From contig DF237033.1 of the NCBI GenBank assembly GCA_000708835.1, positions 62,001-126,000 of the forward strand: a stretch of 64,000 nucleotides of DNA, read 5' to 3'. The stretch comes from Klebsormidium nitens. Lineage: Eukaryota > Plantae > Klebsormidiophyceae. Of this stretch, positions 48,401 through 59,718 are shown in pieces (position 1 is the stretch's first letter; each line of letters starts with the position of its first letter). Under the pieces are notes generated by a model, which worked only from the letters and a program-made list of their open reading frames with translations, was not told the origin of the DNA and ran no database searches. The translations under genes were made by a program, and so were the position numbers.

Positions 48401-51400
48401 CATTGCCTCCGGCTTGGAAGAGTTTGAGCTTTCGAGTGAGACTCTCAAGCTCACTGTGCACTCGAAAATAGCCAAGAAGCTCCCCCACAGGAATTCCCGG
48501 TCAGTGTAACTTCGGAAAAAGGTATTTGGGTCCTGGATTGATATGACTTTCCGCCTTCAAATTCCTTGACATGTTTCAAATTGGACCTATAACCACAACC
48601 CCGGAGCCCTTCTCCACTTGGACCATAGAAACATTACCGTTACCGATCTGGCATGATGCCGAAATGCCGCAGTCCGCATGTTCGCAGACTCGGATAAGAT
48701 TATGTCTGGATCCAGTGCAAAGCAACGTCAAATATCCCCAAGTAGAGAGCGGAACATAACATAACTTTCTTCCCTCGGAACATAACTTTCCCCCCTCGGA
48801 ACATAACTTTCCCCTCTCGGAATCTTCAGCTGCTGTAATATCAACGGTTGACACACATACAGCTGACACACATACAGAGAAACAAAAGAAGGAACTTGAT
48901 AAGCGTCACGCACCTCCCTAGACGACGGGACTTCGACTGCTGCCATGAACAGCACAATGTTGGGATGCCGCAATTTCCGCAGGATCACGATTTCGCGCCA
49001 TACGCTCGTGAGGCCCTCGCCCTCAATGTCCGGGATGACCTTCACCGCAATGTCGGTCCCGAGCCAAACCGCATGGTAGACCCGCCCAAATGAACCCTGC
49101 AGACAGACATCCGTTCTTGTTCAGTTTTCGCCGTTTCCGTTCCGTTTCATGAAAAGTTGGTTGAAAGTTACAGAGGTTGATGCACAAACCTTCAACACAA
49201 TGTCGATCCCGAGGCACACCCCGTGGTAGACCCGCCCAAACAAACCCTGTGGACAGAGATTCCGTTTTCGTTCCATCGCCGTTCCGTTCCGACCCTGATT
49301 CCTGCTCATTTGTCTTCTGGATGCCACGCCGTATGGAAAAACAAGCCACACAATTCACCAGATCCAGTTTCAAACCACAGGGCATCAAACGAACCTGCAG
49401 ACCGCCCAAACGAACCTGCAGGTAGAGAATCAGTCTCATTCCTTTTTCGTTCCGTTTCAATTTCGTTTCTGAGTCTGCGTCAGAATTCCTAATTTGTATG
49501 GCCGCACTGCCGAAGCTCCACCGCATGGTGAACATGACAAAGAAACCCTGCAAAGAGGACTTCAAGTTCCGTTTGCTTCTGATTGTTGAGTCCTGCTCTA
49601 TTCACACCCCCACAGATCGCAACGAAACACGTCATTCTTACCTAATGCCGCACGGTCCGTTGGCTCGAAGCAGCGCTGCAGGTGCGTTCTCTTTCTCGTT
49701 CCCTTTCCTTTTCCGATTCGTTTTCGTCCCCATTCCAGATTCTCTCGCGTTCTAGCTCGGTTGATCAGAAAGATGATGGTCTGACCTTTACCAAAGCGCC
49801 CGCCCCCCAGTAGGACTGCCCAATCCGTCCGGGCGGGATACACAACTCAGAGCAGCTTTCTACCTTCCAGAAAACACAGTTCTGCGTATGTTCCATGTGA
49901 TCTCCAACTTTGAGTTCTCTACACGGCTCAAAGAAACATATCTTCTCGTAGCAGACTGCTTAGAATGCAAAGGCCCTAATATAGAAGTTTGCACTCAGCA
50001 GAAACAAGTCCAGACAACGACAGAGCCTCCATCAAAAGACCTCTGAACGGCGTTTGCACCCGCAAAAACGACTCTGATTTTGAAAGAGCTCCGAAAAAGG
50101 GCAACGCACCTGCCCTAGCAACGTCCCCAGCTTGATATGCTCGGGATGCATCTGCAGCTCCCCCCCCATCATCCAGCTCCGGTACTTATCCGACGCCGTG
50201 TCCTGCTCCCGCCCCCCCTGATGCCGCCACAAAGGGACCCCCCCATTCCGCGCTCCCGTTTCACCCCCCCCAACCGCCGGCGTTTCCGGACCCCCCCCCA
50301 GCGGCTGCGGACCCAACGACGAGGCTTCTGAGCTGCCCCCCCAGATCGACCCTGCGCCCTCGATCGTTACGGGGGGTCTGTCGAACCCGCCCGGCTGACG
50401 GTTCTGTTCACCCCCGGGTTGATACACAGGGACGCCCTCCGCATGATCTGCCCTTGGGGGGGGCCAGGGGGCGTGGTTTTCTGCCTCCCCCTGGTAATTC
50501 AGCAGCTCCGCCGAGCTCTTGTCCGAACTGCCCCCCCAAACGGAACTTGCGACGTGCATCGTCATGGGGGGTCGCTCGAGGCCCCCGTCCTCGCCACCCC
50601 CCCCAATCGTGGCCTCTTCATGGGGCTCCCCCCGAGCCGTCATCTCCACGTCGCCACCCCCCCACTCCGGATTGTTCGTCTCCGCCAGGTTTTTGTCCAG
50701 GAAATGGGTCATCGAAACCGGCTCGAAACCCGTCTCGAAACTGGGCACGCGGGTGCTTAACCCGGACGGGTTTTCCATCTCGTCGGCTAAGGCTTCGGAC
50801 CGCTGGAACGTCTGAGCAATGAGGCTCATCTTCGGACGCTCTAGCGGGTCAGCCTGCACAAAAACTTTGTCGACTTTTCATTTCCGTTTTGTACCTATCG
50901 AAAGAGATTAGAAAGCTGGAAAAGCAGCATGTAAGAGGTGGGGAATTGAGCGGACCAGGATCCAAAGTTAACCATCACCGTGAAAGGTGGGCAGACCAAA
51001 ATTCGCGAGCATCTTTCACCCGCGATGAACATACCTGGCTTGATCCTTTGCGATGGCCGGAGTCATCATTGAAAGGGCCCATGGCATGACGAACTTCTTT
51101 CTTGCATGCATACCCACCACAACAGCTCCAGAAAGCTCCCCTTTCTAGCCCTACACCTTGAGATTTCCTCCCTCTTCTTCGTAGTCACACCAACTCATCT
51201 GGTCACTAAAATACAGTCTTGATGAATTGAAATTATCTACAAAATTATTTAGCAAGTAATGTCCCGTTGATTACCTGCATGCACATGGCCGCCGCCGCGA
51301 CCGCCCCCGACAGCTCCGCCTCCTTGAAGCGCCCCCCCAGCCGCACGTCCAGGAGCTCCGAGACGTGACCCGTGGTTAGCAGACTGACCGCCTTCCTAAC

Positions 51401-54400
51401 CAGCTGCTGCGGCGCCTCCCCTTTCCCCAACGGGTGCCCCCGGATGAGCTCAAACAGCAGCACGCCGAAGTCGTAAATGTCGTCGACGATCGAGGCGGGT
51501 TTGTCCAGGTAGGTGCACAGGCAAAAGTCGGTTAAGAAGGGTTTGCCGCCCTTGCCGAGGATAACCCGGGAGGAGGAGAGGAAGCCGTGGGCGAGAACGG
51601 GGCGGTGCTCTTCGTGGAGGTATTGAAGCGCCGAGGCGACTTCAGTCATCACACGCCACCTGGAAGAGAAAGAGTTTGGGTTGCTCTCGACCGCACTCGT
51701 GACCCAGGTTAGGAAAGTGTGCTGACCCGTAATAAGCGCGATTCCGGAAGCGCGTGCTGACCAGCGTTCGGAAACGTTGTGATTGAATGAACAGTGACTA
51801 CTTAGGGATGAGAATGAGCACCGAAAGAGACAATACACGGACTGATGGGCAACAGGTTCAAGCACATTCAGCACAATCAGCACAATCAGCACGGCTATCT
51901 TTGATCATTGTACGCTCCTTGAGAGATCAAAACATGGAAAGCACTCCTGACCATGGTGCTCCACGGCGTAACATATTACCAGGGTCTGTCTAAACAATTC
52001 AACACAGAGGGATGAAACAAGAGCGATACCGAAGGAGATAAAGAACTAGAAAAGAATCAAGAGAGAAGGGGCTCAAAAGCTCGACAAAAAGCACAAGGAA
52101 AGCCTCTACAATCCACCAACCCAGCATCCACTTTTGAACGAAACGACGCCGAGATGTGGGGCAACAAACGAGCAATTCCAGACCTCTTCGTCTTTGAGTT
52201 GACTAGTTACGTACCTGGCGGTCCAATTCAGGAACAACACGCTCGCATCCTGCTCCCCTGAAAACGCCTTCACCGCGCCCCCATCCAAGGCGTCCCTGAC
52301 AGTGATCGGAATCGTTTGCCCAAAACCCTCCCAGACGATAAAACAGGACCGGTTCTTGGCCCGGTTGTAAGCGCGCACTTTCGCCAGGTTCGGGTGCTGC
52401 GCCCAATGCATCGCCCCGACCGCCGCAAGAAACTTCTGGGGGCCTATTCTCACCCCCTTCTGCTCTGGGGGATCCCCCCCGGCCACAACCCGTTGCTTCC
52501 TCCGAAACCCGGGGAATCTCATCCTCAGAACCCCTTTTCTCTGCGGTTCATTTCTTCTAGGGGGGAGCTGGCGCACTAGGACGGCAGTCAAGGAGGTGTA
52601 CCCCCGATATAGGCAGCCGGGGCTAACGGAACTCTGGAGTGTGAATAGGTCCCGGATGCTGTTGCTGCTACTGTTCATGAGCAGGAGGGATGTTCGCGGG
52701 TCTTGCCCGTCCACGAGCAAAGGCTGACCTTCCAGGCAGTTCTCGATGGCAAAGTTGCTGGTCATCTGCAAAGGACATGAAAGAAAGCATCAGGAAACTC
52801 AAAGCTCTACCATTTGAATACGAATCGAGTAATACTCAATTCGACGACAGCAACCCCTCGAAGTTGCTAATCATCTGCAAAGGACAGGATCGAAGGAATG
52901 AGGGATATAGCAGCTCCCAAGTCAGCCAGCGACTTTAAAATAGTGTTCAAGTCAGCAGCAACTCTTTTAAGGCAGTTCTCGATCGCGAAGTTGCTAGTCG
53001 CCTGCAAGGACAACACGGGTGGCGCTTTGGCGCAACCCCACCTGCTTCAGCTTGCTGATGCTGTACTGCGGAAGGTCTCCGGCCATCGCCTCGAACTGCC
53101 ACTCCTCGTGCGGAACCTCGTCCTTGGGCAACCGCTTCCAGTGCTCCCGTTTCCTTCGCCGCCGGTACCACCACCCCGCGACTAGTGTTCCAACCACCGA
53201 AAAGACGACGATCAACACGATCACAGAGATGTACTCAGCGACCAAGCCGCCCTTGTCGGTCTCGTCTGCACCAGGAAAACAGATGTTTGCGTCAGCCGAG
53301 AGTTGCAAGTACCGCGGATTCTTGCTGTTCAGAATGCTGTAGTTGAAAGTCTTTACAAGTTAGCGATGAGCACGTGAAACGGGGGTGCAAACCTGGAGAC
53401 AACGAGGAGCCCCAGAATTGAAGACGGACGAGGCACTTTGCAGCACAGAGAGGAAATGAAGCGAAGGAAGAAAGCAGAGTGACGGAGATGGATTGATGAA
53501 AAAAGATCGAGACAGACCTGAAGCTTGACATGTTAGGAGCCGCGCTACAGAAGCAAACGACTAATGGAGCGTAAAAGAAGCCAGTGCTGACTCAAGAACC
53601 AGGCCCAAAGATATAGCAACAAGAGATGGAAAAAGACGACGAAGTCGATCAAAGTCAGGTGTATACTACGGACCTGGAGGGGGCTGCAGCGGTAGTCGGG
53701 GGTCCGATCGGAACGGAAACGCCCCGGGGTCCACGGACCGCTGGGGGGGGGTCTGCTCGACCTGCCGGTAGAAGGCCGCGCACGCCCCCGGGGAGCGCTG
53801 ACTTGGCGGGGGGGTCAGCTCCGACGAATAGTCTAGGCAGTTCTCGCCAAATACTCTCGCGTCTAGATACTCAAAAAAGGAGGGCAAGCTGCCGTTGAGC
53901 CAGTTGCCGCGGAGGTTCAGCGCGAGCGGCGGCGGCGGTTGGCCGGTCGCGTTCAGCGCCTCGGCCAGCTCCTGGGCCGCGAACGCGGCCGCCGCGATCG
54001 AGCTGTTGCCGAACGTGTTGGGGATCGGGCCGTGCAGCGCGCACCGGTCCAGGTACAGCACCGTCAGGTTCGGCAGCGCCGCTAGGGCCGGGGGGATCAC
54101 CCCCTGCAGCCCGGGGTTGTCGCTCAGCACCAGCTGCTCCAAGTGGGGGAGTCCCTCAAACTGGACTTCAGACATGTCACCCTCGATGACCGTGTTGCTT
54201 AGGTCGATTGCAAGCACGTTGACGCCGAACACGTGATCGCACGTGACGCCTTGCCACCCGGGCGAGCCCGGAGTGCACGGGTCTTCGGAGTCGAACCAGC
54301 CGTCGGGGGCCCACGCGAGGCGAATGCCTTGGAGGACGCGGCGGTCGGGCCGGTTGCGCGTGTACCAAGCGTTGCACTCTTCCTGGGGGCGCTGTGTCGC

Positions 54401-56318
54401 GTTGACGGAGGTCTCCATGCAGTTGCCACGCACCTGCAAGATGGGATGCGGGGTCAGATTAACCTTCTCGCAATTGTCCTCCTTTCTGACTAACAGCATA
54501 TCCTCTTTCTCTTGCAATCTATCATTGTTGAAGAATCCCATACACAAAAAGTCCCCCTGCCTTCCTTTTGTTGGAAGAACGTTGGAATGGGGGATAACCG
54601 AATCACTCCCGGGAGGGAGTGGCATGAATGGGGGGCTGCACTTTGTGTTTGAACAACAGTCTCCAAGAGTTTCCGAGGTCGCTATGTTGCCCTGACGTAG
54701 CTCTTCATGCAGAATGCCCTACATTAGTACCAGAAGCGGATGAAGTTGCAAAGTCCTTGAGGCTGCCACTCAAGTTGAACATCCCGGTATTGAGAGCACA
54801 TCTTGCGAATCCGAATAGCTCGACAACGTCTGGTTGTGGTTGCCGCTTACAATGCGGGGGCCGCAATTTTGCTTGTAAACAACATGCTGCTCTTCAGAAG
54901 AACTGATGAGAACAAACTAGCTTCCAGCAATAAGATAGAGTGCCCAGCATTATAAGAATAGCCTGCAAGAGCGGGGAGTGGCAATGCCGACAAGCAAGAT
55001 ACTTCATATACAAGGACAGACATGACTGTAGATTTTATGATTTAAGGTAAGGAGAACACAGGCCCGTGGAAGTGTGCCCATTTTGAATCAATTTGTCAGA
55101 ACTCGCTGTCAGAGATGCGTCCCTGAACAGCACATGCAGAGGAGTGTCGGAAAGAATGGAAAGTAACAGATGAAAGAAAGAAAAGAATCAACAGGGTTGC
55201 AAATCGATGTCAGTATTAGTTTCCCCTTCAGTCTAGTCGTACAACATACTCACATCAGAACATGTCAACTTCAGTCCTCTGGCAGGAGGGCCGCTCCGAT
55301 GCCACCTTAGAGTTAGACCCCCTTAGAGTTAGACCCCTGACATTCTTGACAAGAGCCAGCAACAGAAACTCAAGAGAGTGTTCTGGATTCAACAGGTCAC
55401 AGTGAGGCAGGCATGATGCGATGTTGCCAGCTCAATCATGCAAAAGCTCACTGATATGACAAAGTGAGCGACGCTCACCATGATCGGCTGCTTGAGCCGC
55501 CCAGCCAGCTCCTCAGGCACTTCTCCCGTGAGGAAGTTGTCCTGAACGTTTAAACTCTGCAGCCCCAAAGGCTGGCCCCCCGGAGTGATCGGCCCCGAGA
55601 GCTGGTTCCCAGACAGGTCCAACTCTGTAAGGTTCACGCACGCACGTATGGCGAACGGGAGGGGGCCCGTGAGGTTGCTGCGAGTGATGACTAGCGACTT
55701 TAGGTTCATGAGCCGGCCCAAGCTGTCCGGCAACTTTCCAGTCAATCGCGTGGAATCCAAACTGACGCCCTCGAGTGCGGACAGGTCGCCGATCGCCTCT
55801 GGAATGGTGCCGGTCAACACTCTCCCGTCGCCAAATGCCAGGTACGGGTTCGTGAGGAACGCTACTCGCTGGCGGATGTCGCTCAGCGAGCAACGGACTC
55901 CGGGCCAGGCGGAGGGGCCGCAGGGGTTGAGGGACTCGTTCCAGAAGCTAGGGGCTATGTTCCAGGCCGAGCGGAGCTTGAGCAACGAGCCGAGGTCTTC
56001 GTTCGCAAGCGGGGGCTGCGCCGAGAGGATCTTTCCGGGCAACGTGCTCCCGTTCATCTTCGCCTCAGAGTCTACTAGCTCTCGTCCAGACACCCTCCCT
56101 AGTCTCATGCTCCCTAGCTTTGTGCTCCCTGGTTCCGTGCTCCTAAGTTCTATGCTCTGCGAATCGCTAAGAGCAGGTTGGGAGAATGGAGCAAGGCCCC
56201 CTGCTGTTAACCGCCTCCCTCCAGAGCTACCTAACGCACTCGCGACTGTGCACAGGCTGGCGACTATTCCTAAGCAGCAGAAGACCAGCAGGCTGGAAGC
56301 CATTATACGCCCAGCCAT
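45467..56318 (-). CDS. LRR receptor-like tandem kinase: signal peptide - two LRR modules - TM - RLK/Pelle-type pseudokinase - linker - Raf-like (CTR1/EDR1-type) kinase, ~1437 aa; exons 56318-55479, 54433-53674, 53265-53042, 52765-52215, 51659-51275, 50853-50110, 49096-48914, 48071-47922, 47542-47486, 46707-46510, 45688-45467
   Basis: Eleven phase-consistent GT..AG exons (4314 nt). Signal peptide [21 protein letters not shown]; plant LRRs ([27 protein letters not shown]); [25 protein letters not shown] followed by RRRR; RLK juxtamembrane [19 protein letters not shown]; degenerate kinase 1; intact kinase 2 ([66 protein letters not shown]). Confidence 0.85.
46065..46900 (-). repeat. Donor echoes (46332, 46155, ~46077) and acceptor echo (~46850-46890) of kinase exon 46707-46510
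   Basis: ACTCACCGCCCAAGGAACTT..CGG.C.AG.AGCT.CCAG.GA.TGACGCC recurs with ~178-bp period. GACTGCCCAAAGTCGCA is duplicated at 46871-46887. Confidence 0.9.
49050..49560 (-). repeat. Acceptor echoes of kinase exon 49096-48914
   Basis: GGTAGACCCGCCCAAA..AACCCTG recurs at ~49225-49250, with further decayed copies at ~49390-49420 and ~49520-49555. Confidence 0.8.
52735..53010 (-). repeat. Acceptor echoes of pseudokinase exon 52765-52215
   Basis: AAGTTGCT(G/A)(G/A)TC(A/G)(T/C)CTGCAA at 52765 (real), 52874 and 53001. Confidence 0.85.
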
Positions 56319-57754
56319 ATTCACTTCCCCCCTACTTACATCTGTGGGGGGTCTGCATTATACTAGATTGGTTCACCTGCCTTGCCTGCAAGTAGAAGAG
56401 GGTTCTCAATATAGAGTAGCACGATCCGCTTGCGAGGGACTTGGAAGCTGAATGCGCGTTCTTAGATACTCAGCAATTTTATCTCTAAAATGTTGTATTC
56501 CTTCAATCACAGGTTCATGGCAACTTACAAAGTTCATACTGGAAGGAAATACTTTGACAGACAAATTCGACACGAGTAAAGAGTAAACAGCCAATCGTAA
56601 TATCTACACAAGTAAACAGCCAACCGTAATCAAGATCACCTCTGTACACATGTTGGGGAATCTGCCAAGCTGGGGAAAAACGCTAGACGTGGCTACTGTT
56701 TCTGTGATAACCTCCAATGTAGGGTTTTCGCCCAATTTTGTGACCATGTCAGCAGTGTGCCTCAACCTTCGCTAAAGTCGATGCCCCATGCAAAGGAAGA
56801 GGGGGTTGCCTTTCAGCACTCCCCCTGAATTGTGCAAACACAACGAGCAAAATATTTCTACACTGTCTTCTTTCCAGAAACAACGTGCAAAAGTACGGAA
56901 CAAAGTCCAGCTGAAAACAGACCACAATCATGACACCGACAAGACTGCAGCCACCAGACAGATATTAGAGTGCAAGAAGTCCACACACCAGGCAAACACT
57001 TTCTCCCAGCCCGTTTTGATTTTAGCATGTAACCAAATTCAGCAACAAAAGCTCCAAAACTGAGGCAGAACATACTCGCTAGCCAGAATACGCTGTGACA
57101 CAGCAAAACAACCCATGCGACAGCCTGGAAAAGTCCTCGTCCCAAGATTGAAGCCCAGAGCAAGCTCACCCGTTCCATACGAGCATCCTCAAAAATAAAG
57201 CACCCGTCCTTGGCCCTCCACAAGCTGATTATGCCACTGGCCAAGCTTTCAGCTATCCATGGCGGCCACATGTAAATGAGCGCTACGTAGTGTACCATGG
57301 TGGTCAATGGTGGTCCCTCTACTCACGAGCTCGGGAATGCCCCTGATGCAACTTCTCTTGCCCATACCGGTATCTCGCGTTGCTCGATATTTTGTGTCCG
57401 AGCACGTATGGGCCGGATGTGGGGCTGTATTCAGGACATTCGGCTCAATATGGCCATGGGTTTATATTGTGGGTGCCTAGGTTTACGCTCGGGGCCGTCT
57501 CAGCTTGTCTGACCGTTTATACCATATGTGCAGTTGAGAATGTCCAAATATAAAAGTTTACAAGGAAATATACGGTATCCTGTCACCTGTGCTCCAACCC
57601 TAGCTAGCACTGCCAAGCAGTAAACCCTGGACGGTGCTGGGTGGACCTCGCGAAGCGCCCGGGAGACATGTACTAATATAAATATGAAGGTTGATGTGGG
57701 TTTCAGGGTGGGTTGGGGTTCGGAGCGACGCAATTAGTGTCTTGGTTAACGAAA

Positions 57755-57913
57755 NNNNNNNNNNNNNNNNNNNNNNNNNNNNNNNNNNNNNNNNNNNNNN
57801 NNNNNNNNNNNNNNNNNNNNNNNNNNNNNNNNNNNNNNNNNNNNNNNNNNNNNNNNNNNNNNNNNNNNNNNNNNNNNNNNNNNNNNNNNNNNNNNNNNNN
57901 NNNNNNNNNNNNN
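57755..57913. other. Assembly gap (159 N)
   Basis: Run of N. Confidence 1.
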
Positions 57914-59718
57914 TATAAAATAAATTGATTGATTGATTGACGTTTGGGGCGAGGGGCGCCGCCAGGCGTCGCTTGCCTTTCCGAAGGTTCAACTTGACAC
58001 ACTGTCTCTTTGGAAGATTCAAAATGATGGTTGTGTCAAATCGCCAGAAGCGTGCGTACGGACTGAGGCAAGAGTCAGCAAGGACCTGACACAGGCGAAT
58101 TCCATCAATAATAATTTATGACAAAATCAGGATCAGATGTTGATCCTGTTGTTGAGGATTGAAGGCCATGGCGTGGGCATTGGGCACCATGCTTTCTGCA
58201 AGTTGCAAAAGCTGTTTGTAAAGATGGGCAAGCCACAGTATTTGGCATCTGAAGCTCGACGTTTCTGACTGATTCGTAAAGGTGCATGATCTACTTTCCA
58301 AAACGGGGCACTTCGACGTGGGTAGACTTTGGCGTCAGGTGTTGAGGAATATCCTGCATTGACAATCAGGTGCAGAAACACCTCTCCTTTTGGAGTCCAC
58401 CGCCTTTCTATGTGCCGTGTTTGATTTGCTGCTTGTTGTTCTGCAATATCGCAGTGGTGCAATCTCCGATCTCCTTTGGCTAGAGATGCCGCTGCAGAAG
58501 CACAAACTACTTTGAATGTTTCCATAATGTGAGGATAGAACAAAGTGACGTGATCATCTAGTGTGCAAGTTTAATGGCATCAGGAGCTCCTTTCTAAGGA
58601 AATTGTGATGCTTCCCCGAAGTCAAAACAATAAGGGCCCTGGACAAGAGTTCTGGTTTCAGTACTCATTCTGCGTATGGGGCAGCTGACAGATGGGAAGG
58701 AGTCAGACGCTTCCCTCAAGAGATGAGCTGAGATTCTCGTCCTCCAAGTTGGAGAGGTTCCAGAGGTTTCATTCATATCGGCACTTGCTACAGTGCTTTT
58801 CACGAATAGCCTTCTTTTGCTCTCTGTTGATGAATTGCTAGGCAAAACAGATGGGGGTTTCGTGCATCCCTATGTCTCTGACTCCTGTTTTGTGCCTTGA
58901 AAACTCAAGTTGCCTTCTAAAGGCAATTGCTGGGGCGGAGTCAATGGCGCCTCGCTCTTTTGCTTACCCAGCACAGTAGCTTAAGCAATGCACCACTTAC
59001 AGCAAAAATTACCCCCAAAAGTGGCAGCGGCATTCCTTTGAAACATACACTCGCATTGACATCTCATTACGTCTAGCTGCTTCGACCACCTAAGTCACAG
59101 GTTTAGATCCCTATGTGCACTTACAAAGTTAGGTTGAGCAAGAACAAAACCATCTGTCAAGGCAGTGGCAGGGCTTTATTGGAAGGGCTGCTTAAAAAGC
59201 CTTCGCCATTTGGCGATGTTGGGCTATCGGCACTTTTTGAAGAATAGTAAACAGTGTGCCATCCCATTTCTTACAGGCCATATATACGACGAGCCTCCTT
59301 CTGAGAAGTTGAGGTGAGGAATCACGAAGAGTTCCAACATAAACCTTGGCACTTTACTTGGTGCACAAGACATCCACTCTTTTAGGGCTCAATACCCCCC
59401 AGCAACAAAAACAGGAAACATGACTTGAACTGGAGTAACTGTCTGGCAAGGAGTGTCAGTCTTTGCACTTAAACGGCATGATCTTGATCCTGCCTGGCAA
59501 AGCTAGTTCATTTTGTTCAATCTTGACACATCAACTCGAGCGCTGAGCTTGTTCTGAAGCTTGTTACATGAAGCTTCTGAACATGGTTTCATAAACTCCT
59601 CAAGACCAGTGCGCGAACGGATCTCAATCAGAGACCGTTTCAGCGTCAGAGCAGAAGGAGTCTTCAACTGTTGTTACTTGTATGTTCTCACTCAATTATT
59701 GGTGCTTGTACTTTCAGC

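Noticed and set aside
50110-51659. Splitting the LRR-RLK and the Raf-like kinase into two genes
   Set aside because: One stop-free exon carries the end of kinase 1 and the start of kinase 2, and all phases join. Only transcript data could overturn this.
53001-53041. [11 protein letters not shown] copy at 53001 as the real acceptor
   Set aside because: It would need a 40-nt intron and its frame does not continue into the kinase body. The copy at 52765 does.
56858-57307. 149-aa minus-strand ORF, plus ORFs 58133-58543 and 58594-58845 near the gap
   Set aside because: No recognisable domain or convincing exon chain. A small unknown gene here cannot be excluded without RNA data.
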